DNA from: an uncultured Nitrospiraceae bacterium
GTDB taxonomy: Bacteria; Nitrospirota; Thermodesulfovibrionia; Thermodesulfovibrionales; UBA6898
Direction of reading: 5' to 3'
Length of the DNA: 64,000 nt
Assembly: GCA_963811165.1 (NCBI GenBank)
Contig: CAWEQH010000001.1
Span: 512,001-576,000, forward strand
Shown here piece after piece: positions 20,712-31,177 of the stretch. Within the stretch, counting starts at the first letter, position 1. Every line of letters starts with the position of its first letter. The notes below the pieces were generated by a model. That model did no database searches. It was not told the origin of the DNA and worked only from the letters and a program-made list of their open reading frames with translations. The position numbers and the translations under genes were made by a program.

Positions 20712-21763
20712 ACGATATCCTTAATGCCATGACTACGTCGGGATTTCTTGCCACGGCAATTAATATCGTTTTCATTCTCCTGAAGATCGCAGCCGTCATC
20801 GCGGTGGGTCTCCTCCATGTCGCTTACGCAACCTATTTTGAGCGCAAAGTCATGGCACATATGCAGGTAAGGATAGGTCCAAGGGAAGTTGGTCCATTGG
20901 GTTTGTTCCAGCCCTTCGCAGACGGAATAAAGCTTTTTTTCAAGGAGGACATCATCCCCCAAAATGCGGACAAACCGTTGTTTTATCTTGCTCCTGTGAT
21001 ATTCTTTGTCTCTGCGCTTACTTCCCTGTCTGTGCTGCCTTTTTTTGACGGGTTCGTGATAGGCAACATAAACATAGGACTCCTTTTCCTCTTTGCAATG
21101 TCTTCACTTGGCGCATACGGTATCGTTCTTTCGGGATGGTCATCGAACTCTAAGTATGCTTTTTTGGGGGGGCTCAGGTCTGCATCCCAGGTGATAAGTT
21201 ATGAAATCTCCATGGGGCTTAGCCTGGTAGGCGTCATGATGATGTCAGGGTCGCTGAACCTGATGGACATCGTGAGGGCTCAGCACCATTATCCTTTGGG
21301 CATGTTTGCAGTACCACAGTTCCTTGGCTTCTTTGTATTCATAGTTGCGGCCTTTGCGGAGACGAACCGGCTCCCCTTCGACCTTCCTGAGGCGGAAAGC
21401 GAGCTCGTTGCCGGCTATTTCACCGAATACAGCGGCTTCCGTTTTGCCATGTTCTTCCTCGGCGAATACACGGGCATGCTGGTGATGTCATCTATCGCGG
21501 CCCTCTGCTTTTTGGGGGGGTGGGCACTTCCGGATTTCATTACGGCCAGCTTACCTGTTTTTCTTGCCAAGGCCCTCGGGCTCTTTTGGTTCCTTTTTAA
21601 AGTGTATGCCTTTATGTTCCTCTATTACTGGGTTAGATCGACACTGCCGAGATACCGCTACGACCAGCTTATGGCGATCGGATGGAAATTGCTTATCCCT
21701 CTGGCGCTCGCAAACATCGTAATTACGGGGCTGGCAAAAATGTGGTTTAAGGGATTACTATGA
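20708..21763 (+). CDS. nuoH: NADH-quinone oxidoreductase subunit H
   Basis: ERKVMAHMQVRIGP, QPFADGIKLFFKE, AETNRLPFDLPEAESEL, RYRYDQLM. Confidence 0.97.
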   Translation: MNDILNAMTTSGFLATAINIVFILLKIAAVIAVGLLHVAYATYFERKVMAHMQVRIGPREVGPLGLFQPFADGIKLFFKEDIIPQNADKPLFYLAPVIFFVSALTSLSVLPFFDGFVIGNINIGLLFLFAMSSLGAYGIVLSGWSSNSKYAFLGGLRSASQVISYEISMGLSLVGVMMMSGSLNLMDIVRAQHHYPLGMFAVPQFLGFFVFIVAAFAETNRLPFDLPEAESELVAGYFTEYSGFRFAMFFLGEYTGMLVMSSIAALCFLGGWALPDFITASLPVFLAKALGLFWFLFKVYAFMFLYYWVRSTLPRYRYDQLMAIGWKLLIPLALANIVITGLAKMWFKGLL

Positions 21764-22320
21764 AATCGGGAAAATTAATAAGGACGATATTCTTTGTAGA
21801 GATTTTAAAAGGTCTTGCCTTTACCTTAAAGACTATGTTGTTCACCAAGCCTGTCACGAGGCGGTATCCAAAAGTCGCTGTGCCGGCACTTCCGGGCTTC
21901 AGGGGACTGCACGCCCTTGCAAAAAACGCTGAGGGAAAGTTGAAGTGCGTCGGCTGCGGTCTCTGCGGCGCCTATTGTCCCTCAAAATGTATCCATATCT
22001 ATACATCTGAGGGCGAAGATCATGCCAAGGTCGTCGACAGGTATGAGATAGATGTGCTCAGGTGCATCTTCTGCGGATTCTGCGTAGAAGCGTGTCCCTT
22101 CGGGGCGATCACCCTGAGCGAGCACTATGAATATTCGAATTATAAGAGAGAAGATTTCTATATGACAAAGGACAAGCTCCTTGGGAACTGGGATAAATAC
22201 TTTGCGGGGCCGAAGGGCGAACGTTATTTTAAAGATTTCTGGCAGCCCAAGTCTGAAAATTTTACCGGAAGCGAAGGACAGGCGATGTTCAGCAAAGTGA
22301 AAGTGAAGGAGAAGAGATAG
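21760..22320 (+). CDS. nuoI: NADH-quinone oxidoreductase subunit I
   Basis: CVGCGLCGAYCP and CIFCGFCVEACP. Confidence 0.96.
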   Translation: MKSGKLIRTIFFVEILKGLAFTLKTMLFTKPVTRRYPKVAVPALPGFRGLHALAKNAEGKLKCVGCGLCGAYCPSKCIHIYTSEGEDHAKVVDRYEIDVLRCIFCGFCVEACPFGAITLSEHYEYSNYKREDFYMTKDKLLGNWDKYFAGPKGERYFKDFWQPKSENFTGSEGQAMFSKVKVKEKR

Positions 22321-22323
22321 GAA

Positions 22324-22836
22324 ATGCTGCCTAAATTGTTCTTTGGATATTTTGCCGTGGTGATCACCGTCCTTTCTGTCCTTGTGGTGACAAGGAGAAA
22401 CCCCGTCCACAGCGTCATGTGGATGCTCGTTCTCTTTTTCAACCTCGCAAGCATGTACCTCTTCCTCGATGCCGAATTTATTGCGGCGATACAGGTGATA
22501 GTCTATGCCGGGGCGATACTCGTCCTCTTCCTGTTCGTCGTTCTTCTTCTGAACCTTAGGGAAGAGTTGTTGGCAAACCGGTTTATAGGCTCCTGGCCTG
22601 CCGGGCTGGTTATCGCACTGGCACTACTGGGCGGCATCGGTTTTGCCGTGAGTTCCTTTGTGCCCGGTATTTCAGGGAGGTATACGATCGACTATATACA
22701 GAAAGAGACCTTCACGAAGGTCTTGGGGCAAGTCCTTTACACCGAATATCTTTTTCCATTCGAGATCGCTTCTTTAATCCTGCTGATCTCGATTATAGGA
22801 GCCATCGTGCTTGCAAAGAAAAGGACGGGGGCTTAG
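22324..22836 (+). CDS. nuoJ: NADH-quinone oxidoreductase subunit J
   Basis: NPVHS, QVIVYAGAILVLFLFVV, FPFEIAS. Confidence 0.96.
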   Translation: MLPKLFFGYFAVVITVLSVLVVTRRNPVHSVMWMLVLFFNLASMYLFLDAEFIAAIQVIVYAGAILVLFLFVVLLLNLREELLANRFIGSWPAGLVIALALLGGIGFAVSSFVPGISGRYTIDYIQKETFTKVLGQVLYTEYLFPFEIASLILLISIIGAIVLAKKRTGA

Positions 22837-22839
22837 CGC

Positions 22840-23142
22840 ATGGTCCCCTTACACTGGTATTTAATGCTGAGCGCTGCGGTTTTTACGATAGGCGTATTCG
22901 GATTTCTTACGAGGAGAAATATCATTATCATGTTTTTGTCCATAGAACTCATGCTTAACGCGGTCAATATCAGTCTGGTGTCTTTCAGCCATTACCTTCA
23001 GGATATGAGGGGCCTGATCTTGGTCTTCTTTATTGTTACGGTTGCGGCGGCCGAGGCGGCGATAGGGCTCGCGATTATCATAGCCCTCTTCAGGAACAAG
23101 ACCACTGCCAATGTCGATGAAATGAACGAGATGAAGGGATGA
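22840..23142 (+). CDS. nuoK: NADH-quinone oxidoreductase subunit K
   Basis: [23 protein letters not shown]. Confidence 0.96.
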   Translation: MVPLHWYLMLSAAVFTIGVFGFLTRRNIIIMFLSIELMLNAVNISLVSFSHYLQDMRGLILVFFIVTVAAAEAAIGLAIIIALFRNKTTANVDEMNEMKG

Positions 23143-23152
23143 AAGGAAGGAT

Positions 23153-25072
23153 ATGCATAATTATCTGCTGATACCCTTTTTACCGTTTGCGGCATTTCTG
23201 ATCAATATCCTCTTTGGCCGTGGCATCATAAAAGACAAGGCCCACTGGGTCGCGATCATCGCCGTGGCCGGTTCCTGGGTAGTTTCCGTCGCCACGCTCC
23301 TCGATGTGATGTCCGGGAAGACATTGAACGAAAACCTCTATACGTGGATATCGTCGGGAGGGTTCCAGGTATCTGTCGGTTTCCTTATCGACCAGCTCAC
23401 TGTGGTGATGCTTATCGTAGTCACCACATGCAGCACGCTTATCCATATATACTCCGCAGGCTATATGCACGGCGACAAGGGATATTACCGCTTCTTTTCG
23501 TACCTGAGCCTCTTCACCTTCTGCATGCTCATGCTGGTTATGGCGAATAATTTTCTTCAGCTCTATTTCGGCTGGGAGGGCGTAGGTCTTTGTTCCTACT
23601 TCCTCATCGGCTATTATTTCAACAAGAAGTCCGCCTCTGACGCCGGGAAAAAGGCGTTCATCGTAAACAGGTTCGGCGATTTCGGGTTCGGCCTCGGAAT
23701 CATTATGATATTCCTCACCTTCGGCACGGTATACTATGAGCCTGTTTTCAGCCAGGCTGGAGCTTTTGCGGCAAAGACCGTGAACTTCCTGGGCTACGAT
23801 GTCCACCTCATGACCCTTATTGCGCTGCTCCTTTTTTGCGGTTCGGTGGGTAAGTCGGCCCAGATGCCGCTTCACGTCTGGCTGCCGGATGCGATGGAAG
23901 GCCCGACGCCGGTCAGTGCCCTCATCCATGCCGCTACGATGGTGACCGCGGGCGTATTCCTCGTTGCCCGGTGTAACGCGATATTCAGCCTCTCCGAAAT
24001 CGCTTTGACCGTGGTCGCCCTGGTCGGTGCGATAACATCTCTGTTTGCGGCGACTATCGGTCTTGTACAAAACGATATAAAGAGGATAATCGCTTACTCG
24101 ACGATAAGCCAGCTCGGCTATATGTTTCTCGCTTGCGGCGTGGGAGGATATACTGCCGGTGTATTCCATCTGTATACGCATGCCTTTTTCAAGGCCCTTC
24201 TCTTCCTCTGTGCCGGCAGCGTTATGCATGCTATGGCCGGAGAGCTGGATATACAGAAGATGGGCGGATTAAAGAAATATATGCCTGTCACGTATCTGAC
24301 TATGTTTATCGCATCGCTGAGTATCTCCGGTGTCCCCGGATTTGCCGGATTTTTCAGTAAGGACGAGATTCTCTGGCTCGCCTATTCCAGTCCAAACCCG
24401 GCAGGCAGGCTCGTTTGGCTCATCGGGACCTTTGTTGCCTTCCTTACCGCGCTCTACTCATTCAGGCTTATATTCCTTACCTTCCATGGGAAGTTCCGCG
24501 GCACTCATGAGCAGGAGCACCATCTGCATGAATCTCCGAAGTCGATGACGATTCCGCTGATACTCCTCTGTGTTGGGGCTGTTGCTTCGGGCTGGGTCGG
24601 GATACCGCATCTGCTTGGAGGCGGGGCGCACTTCACAGAATTCATGAACCCGGCGCTGGGACATTCTGAAGGCCACGGTACCAATGCTGAAGAATGGATG
24701 GTGATGGCAGTCTCAATTATTGCGGGCCTCTCCGGAATAGGGCTTGCCTATTTCATGTATCTCAAGAGGACGGACATTCCTGTCAAACTTGCGGAGCAGT
24801 TCCGGGGCGCACACAGGATCCTTTTCAATAAATATTATGTCGATGAGTTATACAGTTTTATACTGATAAGGCCTACGATCTGGATAGCCAAAAACGTCCT
24901 AATCGGGATCACTGACGCGAAGGTGATAGAGGCGATAGTCAACGGGGTCCCCGCTGCTATCGGAGGGTTCAGCAGGCAGTTACGGAAGGTGCAGACCGGA
25001 TTTCTTCATCACTACGCAACGATAATGGCGACGGGCATACTGATAATAGTTGCCTGGATGCTACTGAGGTAG
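23153..25072 (+). CDS. nuoL: NADH-quinone oxidoreductase subunit L
   Basis: GWEGVGLCSY, GKSAQMPLHVWLPDAMEGPTPVSALIHAATMV, THAFFKALLF. Confidence 0.97.
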   Translation: MHNYLLIPFLPFAAFLINILFGRGIIKDKAHWVAIIAVAGSWVVSVATLLDVMSGKTLNENLYTWISSGGFQVSVGFLIDQLTVVMLIVVTTCSTLIHIYSAGYMHGDKGYYRFFSYLSLFTFCMLMLVMANNFLQLYFGWEGVGLCSYFLIGYYFNKKSASDAGKKAFIVNRFGDFGFGLGIIMIFLTFGTVYYEPVFSQAGAFAAKTVNFLGYDVHLMTLIALLLFCGSVGKSAQMPLHVWLPDAMEGPTPVSALIHAATMVTAGVFLVARCNAIFSLSEIALTVVALVGAITSLFAATIGLVQNDIKRIIAYSTISQLGYMFLACGVGGYTAGVFHLYTHAFFKALLFLCAGSVMHAMAGELDIQKMGGLKKYMPVTYLTMFIASLSISGVPGFAGFFSKDEILWLAYSSPNPAGRLVWLIGTFVAFLTALYSFRLIFLTFHGKFRGTHEQEHHLHESPKSMTIPLILLCVGAVASGWVGIPHLLGGGAHFTEFMNPALGHSEGHGTNAEEWMVMAVSIIAGLSGIGLAYFMYLKRTDIPVKLAEQFRGAHRILFNKYYVDELYSFILIRPTIWIAKNVLIGITDAKVIEAIVNGVPAAIGGFSRQLRKVQTGFLHHYATIMATGILIIVAWMLLR

Positions 25073-25079
25073 GCATATA

Positions 25080-26618
25080 ATGGAACAGGCAATGACAAAC
25101 AGTTTGGGATTCCCGATTTTAAGCACCTTGATATTCCTGCCTGTCGCAGGCGCGGCACTTTTGCTTCTGATACCCAGGTCCCGGGAGGGGCTCATTAGAG
25201 CTTTCACACTTGCCTTAAGTGTAATAACATTTATCATTTCGCTTCCGCTCTTTACTAAATTCGATAAGTCTACTCACGTCATGCAGTTTGTCGAACGGCA
25301 TCAATGGATACCTGCCTGGAACGTCAATTATTCCCTCGGGTTAGATGGAATAAGCATCCTCTTTGTTCTGCTTTCGACGCTTGTTATTATCTTGTGCGTG
25401 CTCATATCGTGGAATGCGATAAAGACGAAGACGAAGGAGTTCTATATTTCGCTCCTTATCGTGGAAGGGGCGATGATCGGAGTATTCTGCTCTTTGGACT
25501 TCTTCCTGTTTTATATCTTCTGGGAGGCGATGCTCATTCCCATGTATCTTCTGATTGGTGTATGGGGCGGGCCAAACAGGGTCTATGCCGCCGTGAAGTT
25601 CTTCCTTTATACCCTTGTGGGAAGTGTGCTGATGCTGGTTGGAATAATCGTGCTTTATTTTTACTCCGGAAGGACCTTTGACATTGTGGAACTGTCCACC
25701 CGCACATATCCTTATGAGATGCAGCTCTGGCTTTTTTGGGCCTTCTTTGCCGCTTTTGCGGTCAAGGTCCCCATGTTCCCTGTCCACACCTGGCTCCCGG
25801 ATGCACATACTGAAGCCCCTACGGCAGGCAGCGTGATACTTGCCGCCGTACTTATAAAAATGGGGGCCTACGGTTTCCTGCGGTTCTCCCTCCCCATCCT
25901 GCCCGAGGCTTCAAGGGCGATGACCCCCGTAATGCTGGTATTATCGGTGATTGCGATCATTTACGGCGGGGTGATCTGTCTCGCCCAGACTGATCTCAAG
26001 CGGCTTATCGCCTATAGCTCGGTAAGCCATATGGGCTTTGTAACACTCGGGATCTTTGCACTCAATATACAGGGAATGGAGGGGGGTATCCTCCAAATGG
26101 TGAACCATGGAATCGTCACCGGCGCCCTCTTTTTAAGCGTTGGCGTCATCTACGACAGGACTCATACCAGGCAGATTGCGGATTACGGCGGAGTAGCTTC
26201 GGTGATGCCTCTCTATGCTTCTTTATTCATCGTCTTTACCCTTGCGTCGATTGGTCTGCCGTCTACAAACGGCTTTATAGGAGAGTTCCTGATAATTTTG
26301 GGAGGGTTCACCGCGAACCAGTGGGCCGGTGTTCTCGCCGCGACGGGTGTCATTATCGGCGCCGGATATATGCTGTGGCTCTATCAGAGGGTATTTTTTA
26401 TGGAGACGAACCCGAAGGTCGCTGCCCTTCATGATATTGACGCGAGGGAGATTATCACCCTTCTTCCAATGCTTGTGTTGATATTCTGGATAGGCATCTA
26501 TCCGGACACCTTTCTGGGGTTCCTGCACAAGTCGGTGGAGCATCTTATCGACAGAGTGAATACGGGCGGCATGCACGGGCCGACGATCGCCAAAACTATC
26601 ACAGAGGTTATCAAGTGA
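25080..26618 (+). CDS. nuoM: NADH-quinone oxidoreductase subunit M
   Basis: FWEAMLIPMY, KVPMFPVHTWLPDAHTEAPT, AYSSVSHMG. Confidence 0.97.
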   Translation: MEQAMTNSLGFPILSTLIFLPVAGAALLLLIPRSREGLIRAFTLALSVITFIISLPLFTKFDKSTHVMQFVERHQWIPAWNVNYSLGLDGISILFVLLSTLVIILCVLISWNAIKTKTKEFYISLLIVEGAMIGVFCSLDFFLFYIFWEAMLIPMYLLIGVWGGPNRVYAAVKFFLYTLVGSVLMLVGIIVLYFYSGRTFDIVELSTRTYPYEMQLWLFWAFFAAFAVKVPMFPVHTWLPDAHTEAPTAGSVILAAVLIKMGAYGFLRFSLPILPEASRAMTPVMLVLSVIAIIYGGVICLAQTDLKRLIAYSSVSHMGFVTLGIFALNIQGMEGGILQMVNHGIVTGALFLSVGVIYDRTHTRQIADYGGVASVMPLYASLFIVFTLASIGLPSTNGFIGEFLIILGGFTANQWAGVLAATGVIIGAGYMLWLYQRVFFMETNPKVAALHDIDAREIITLLPMLVLIFWIGIYPDTFLGFLHKSVEHLIDRVNTGGMHGPTIAKTITEVIK

Positions 26619-26649
26619 GCAATACGCAACCGAGTTCCAGGAGGTTCCA

Positions 26650-28068
26650 ATGCAGTTTATGATGCCACTTAGACCGTTAACGCCCGAGATTATTATGACC
26701 GTCCTGTCGCTCGCCATCCTCTTGTCGGACCTCTTCATAAAGAGGAAAGAGACGATAGCGTTACTGAGCATAATATGTGTGTCCGCAGTGGCCTATTCCT
26801 TCAGCGGTTCCCTCGGCATTGCCTTCAATGGGATGTTCATCTCCGACGGCTACAGTATGTTCTTTAAGATTATCTTTGTCCTGAACGTCATCCTCACCGT
26901 CCTTATTTCGATAAAGTATATCGCCATCGAAAAAGTGAACCTTGGAGAATATTATAGCCTCATACTCTTTTCAACCCTGGGGATGATGATCATGGCGTCC
27001 GCAGGAGACTTGATCGTCGTTTATCTCGGCCTTGAGCTCATGGCACTGAGCACCTATATCCTTGCCGGATTTCTCCGCCACGACGTGAAATCCAATGAGG
27101 CGGCAATAAAGTATTTCCTCCTAGGCGCGTTTGCATCGGCATTTCTGCTCTACGGCACTTCCCTGATATACGGCCTGACGGGGACGACGAACCTCAAGGC
27201 CATTGCTCAGTATATCACCCTGCATGGACTAATGGGGAATCCCGCGCTTACGCTGGCGATGGTCTTTCTTACGATCGCGTTTTCCTTTAAGATTGCCGCT
27301 GTCCCGTTCCATATGTGGACCCCTGATGCGTATGAAGGCGCTCCTACATCGATCACAGCCTTTATGTCGGTTGGGCCTAAGGCGGCCGGTTTCGCGGTCA
27401 TGGGGAGGGTCTTACTTGATGCGCTTTATCCGATAAAACCCCAGTGGACGCCGGTACTCATCCCGATAGCGATACTTACTATGGGTGTAGGAAACATAGT
27501 CGCGATTTCACAGACCAACATAAAGAGGATGCTGGCCTATTCCTCAATAGCCCATGCGGGTTACGCCCTTTTGGGCATCATCGCAGGGACCGCCGACGGG
27601 CTCGCCGGCGTTATGAATTATATGATGATCTATGCCTTTATGAATATCGGGGCCTTTGCCGTTATTATCATGCTGAGGACCGAAGGGTTTAAGGGAGATA
27701 AGATCACGGACTATGAAGGGCTTTCGAAGACCCATCCGGTAATTGCGGCATTTATGCTTGTCTTCATGTTCTCTCTTACCGGGATTCCTCCGACTGCAGG
27801 CTTCATGGGGAAATTCTATCTCTTTATGAGCGCCATAAACGCCGGATACACATGGGTGGTGATTATTGCGGTAATATTCAGTGCGATATCCGCCTATTTC
27901 TATCTCCGCATAGTCATGTATATGTATATGAAAGAGCCGAAGGAGGCTGTAGCGATTACAACCTCTCCTTCAATGGGCCTGGCGCTTGCGATAACTCTTG
28001 CCGGTGTGGTAGTAATAGGCGTGCTCCCGGCCCCTGTCGTCCATCTTGCGCGCATTGCGTTTCCGTAG
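26650..28068 (+). CDS. nuoN: NADH-quinone oxidoreductase subunit N
   Basis: EAAIKYFLLGA, FKIAAVPFHMWTPDAYEGAPT, KRMLAYSSIAH. Confidence 0.97.
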   Translation: MQFMMPLRPLTPEIIMTVLSLAILLSDLFIKRKETIALLSIICVSAVAYSFSGSLGIAFNGMFISDGYSMFFKIIFVLNVILTVLISIKYIAIEKVNLGEYYSLILFSTLGMMIMASAGDLIVVYLGLELMALSTYILAGFLRHDVKSNEAAIKYFLLGAFASAFLLYGTSLIYGLTGTTNLKAIAQYITLHGLMGNPALTLAMVFLTIAFSFKIAAVPFHMWTPDAYEGAPTSITAFMSVGPKAAGFAVMGRVLLDALYPIKPQWTPVLIPIAILTMGVGNIVAISQTNIKRMLAYSSIAHAGYALLGIIAGTADGLAGVMNYMMIYAFMNIGAFAVIIMLRTEGFKGDKITDYEGLSKTHPVIAAFMLVFMFSLTGIPPTAGFMGKFYLFMSAINAGYTWVVIIAVIFSAISAYFYLRIVMYMYMKEPKEAVAITTSPSMGLALAITLAGVVVIGVLPAPVVHLARIAFP

Positions 28069-28094
28069 TTTTCATCCGGGAATATTTTTTCTCC

Positions 28095-29069
28095 ATGCAT
28101 AAATTCCTCTATGGTAAGGGCCACGGCCTCTATCGCATTCCCCCTTTCAGGGATGCCCATATGCATTTCATGGTTGACGGCCGGCAAGCATCCCTTCGGG
28201 ACATTTTAAGGATAGGGGAGGTATACGCCAAAAGCGGCATTTTTTCTGCAAATGACATGGGACACCGCACCGGAATAGGTATGGATGCAAAAGCCCTTTT
28301 GGCCGGGAAGATCGCGATGAGGACAGCATGGGCTGCAATATGCAAAACAGGGGGTTATGGAGAATTTCTCGGAAAAAGTGTCAGCGGGAAGGAAGAGATC
28401 AAAAGGGCAGTAAAGGAAGTGGCAGATGCCGGCGCAGATTTCATAAAGGTCATAAACTCAGGGGTTGTCAGCTTCACCGCTCCATCGCCCGTGACTACCG
28501 GAGGCTTTACACTTGAAGAACTCAAGATTATTCAGGCCGAGGCAAGGGAAAGGAACCTGGACATTGTATGCCATGCAAACTCTGACCCTGCCATAAAAGA
28601 TGCGGTAGTGGCCGGTGCCATCTCGATCGAGCATGGATTCTTTGTTGCCACGGAGACGCTCCATATGATGGCAGAGTCAAAAGTCTCGTGGACACCAACA
28701 ATATTTGCGTTATCGGGGCAGACAGCGACTCTCGCCACGTCTGAAAAAAAATACGTCGAAGGTATCATCGAAGACCATCTCTATTCTATCAACACTGCTG
28801 CATCTCTCGGCGTCAGACTTCAAACGGGGACCGACAGCGGCTCACGAGGCGTCAATCATGGCGGATCGTTTTTTGAGGAACTCCGGCTTTTCAGGAAAGC
28901 CGGTTTTACTGGAGAGCAAATACTCTCTGCGGCATGCATGGATATAAGTGAAATCGAAAAGGGGAATTATCTGGTGGTAAGTGAAGACTTTATTGAGACG
29001 GGAAAAATTGAGGGGGTGTATGGAAAAGGGAAACGCATCCTCCCACAACGACAAACGGCCGCCTCTTAG
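28095..29069 (+). CDS. Metal-dependent amidohydrolase-superfamily protein
   Basis: DAHMH (HxH), GADFIK, CHAN, SIEHG, GTDSG metal-ligand motifs; start inferred after the nuoN stop. Confidence 0.8.
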   Translation: MHKFLYGKGHGLYRIPPFRDAHMHFMVDGRQASLRDILRIGEVYAKSGIFSANDMGHRTGIGMDAKALLAGKIAMRTAWAAICKTGGYGEFLGKSVSGKEEIKRAVKEVADAGADFIKVINSGVVSFTAPSPVTTGGFTLEELKIIQAEARERNLDIVCHANSDPAIKDAVVAGAISIEHGFFVATETLHMMAESKVSWTPTIFALSGQTATLATSEKKYVEGIIEDHLYSINTAASLGVRLQTGTDSGSRGVNHGGSFFEELRLFRKAGFTGEQILSAACMDISEIEKGNYLVVSEDFIETGKIEGVYGKGKRILPQRQTAAS

Positions 29070-29278
29070 GCTGTGGATTGAAGGCAACCTTACCGGGAAA
29101 ACAGAATGCGTTGCCCAAAATATATAGAGAAGCGTTGCTATTTCAGGCCTTGCCCCTGTAAAATACTCACATAGTCTCTCTGCATTGAACGGGTATCTGC
29201 ATCCATGGGGCTCGCACTCCTGCCTTTCAGGAATCGTCGCAGCAAATCAAAGAGACAGAATAAGAGGAGAACATAATC

Positions 29279-31093
29279 GTGAAGCGTGAAGATTTGAGAA
29301 ATATTGCTATTATTGCCCATGTCGACCATGGCAAGACAACGCTCGTCGACGGGATGCTGAAGCAGTCGGGCCTGTTCCGCTCGAATGAAAAGGTGCAGGA
29401 AAGGATGATGGACAACATCGACCTTGAACGTGAACGGGGCATCACGATCATGGCGAAGAACACTGCTGTCCAATATAACGGCTGCAAGATAAACATTGTG
29501 GATACGCCAGGCCACGCCGATTTCGGTGGCGAGGTGGAGAGAACGCTAAAGATGGTCGACGGCGTTCTTTTGCTTGTGGACGCTTCGGAAGGGCCCCTTC
29601 CCCAGACAAGGTTCGTCCTTAAGAAGGCCCTCGAGCTGGATCTTCCCCCGATTCTCGTAATCAACAAGATAGACAGGCCGGATGCCAGGATACAGGAAGT
29701 GCTCAATGAGGTGTACGACCTTTTTATCGACCTGGATGCCACAGAAGAACAGCTTGAATTTCCGATCGTTTACACAAATGCAAAACTCGGTGCGGCGAGA
29801 CTCTCGATGGAGGAAGACTCGGAGGGAGACTTGCGGTGCCTTCTGGATTTGATTCTAAAGACGATACCTGCTCCTGAAGCGGACGAAAACGAAGTCCTGC
29901 AACTGCTGGTGACGAACATAGACTATAACGATTATGTCGGCAGGCTCGCCATCGGCAGGATATTTTCAGGCTCCGTCAAGGTCGGGGACTGGGTTTCGGT
30001 GATCAAGAGCAAAGAAGAAGCGGACAAAACGAAGATCACCTCTCTCTTCGGATTTCAGGGCCTCGACAGGGTCAATATCGAGAGCGCTTCCGTTGGCGAC
30101 ATTGTCGCCCTTGCCGGGATCGAGGGGATAAATATAGGCGATACAATAACGGATCTGGAGCGGCCAAAACCACTGCCCAGAATTAAGGTGGATGAACCGA
30201 CGATATCGATGGTCTTTTCGATAAACACCTCACCCTTTGCGGGGAAGGAAGGTAAATACGTTACGTCCAGGAACCTCAGGGAGAGGCTCGAAAAGGAGCT
30301 TCTTTACAATGTGGCGATCAAGGTCGAATTCGACAACACCGATTCGTTCAAGGTCATGGGCAGGGGAGAACTGCAACTGGCCATCCTCATCGAAATGATG
30401 AGAAGAGAAGGGTATGAACTCTCCGTTTCGATGCCCGAGACGATCACGAAGGACATTAAAGGAGTGCTCCATGAGCCGATGGAACATCTCGTGATCGATG
30501 TGCCCGATGAGTTTGTCGGTGTGGTGACCCAGCAAGTGGGGATGAGAAGGGGGAAGATGCAGAAGATGACGAACAACGGCCACGGCAGGGTACGCCTCGA
30601 ATTCAAAATAGCATCGAGAGGGTTGATAGGCTTTCGAACCCAGTTCCTGACCGATAGCCGGGGGACCGGACTTCTCAACCACATCTTTGACGGATATGAG
30701 CCATGGCAGGGCCAGATCTCGAAGCGCTCCACAGGTGCAATCGTCGCTGACAGGACAGGCAGGACGACCACTTACGCACTCTTCCATCTGCAACCCAGGG
30801 GCACTCTCTTTATAAAGGAGAACACTTCTGTATATGAAGGGATGATCGTCGGTGAGAATTCCAGAGAAAGTGACATCGACGTGAATGTAACAAAAGAAAA
30901 GAAACTTACGAACATGAGGGCATCAGGGGCCGACGAGGCGCTACAGCTGATACCCCCGAGGATACTTAGTTTAGAGCAGGCGATCGAATTTATTAAGGAA
31001 GACGAGCTGGTCGAGATTACCCCGGCGTCCGTCCGTATCAGGAAAAAAATCCTTGATGTGAATAAGAGGCCGAAGAACAGGGACAAAGTCTGA
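29279..31093 (+). CDS. typA: Translational GTPase TypA/BipA
   Basis: [47 protein letters not shown]. Confidence 0.97.
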   Translation: MKREDLRNIAIIAHVDHGKTTLVDGMLKQSGLFRSNEKVQERMMDNIDLERERGITIMAKNTAVQYNGCKINIVDTPGHADFGGEVERTLKMVDGVLLLVDASEGPLPQTRFVLKKALELDLPPILVINKIDRPDARIQEVLNEVYDLFIDLDATEEQLEFPIVYTNAKLGAARLSMEEDSEGDLRCLLDLILKTIPAPEADENEVLQLLVTNIDYNDYVGRLAIGRIFSGSVKVGDWVSVIKSKEEADKTKITSLFGFQGLDRVNIESASVGDIVALAGIEGINIGDTITDLERPKPLPRIKVDEPTISMVFSINTSPFAGKEGKYVTSRNLRERLEKELLYNVAIKVEFDNTDSFKVMGRGELQLAILIEMMRREGYELSVSMPETITKDIKGVLHEPMEHLVIDVPDEFVGVVTQQVGMRRGKMQKMTNNGHGRVRLEFKIASRGLIGFRTQFLTDSRGTGLLNHIFDGYEPWQGQISKRSTGAIVADRTGRTTTYALFHLQPRGTLFIKENTSVYEGMIVGENSRESDIDVNVTKEKKLTNMRASGADEALQLIPPRILSLEQAIEFIKEDELVEITPASVRIRKKILDVNKRPKNRDKV

Positions 31094-31177
31094 GTCTGAA
31101 TTTCACCGCTCGGGCCGGACAAAAGGGGGATACATCTTTTTCCAGTCGACTGGGGATAAAGCCGGCGAAGAGGGTTT

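Noticed and set aside
23153..28068. 2M-type complex I with a duplicated nuoM
   Set aside because: Only one nuoM lies between nuoL and nuoN.
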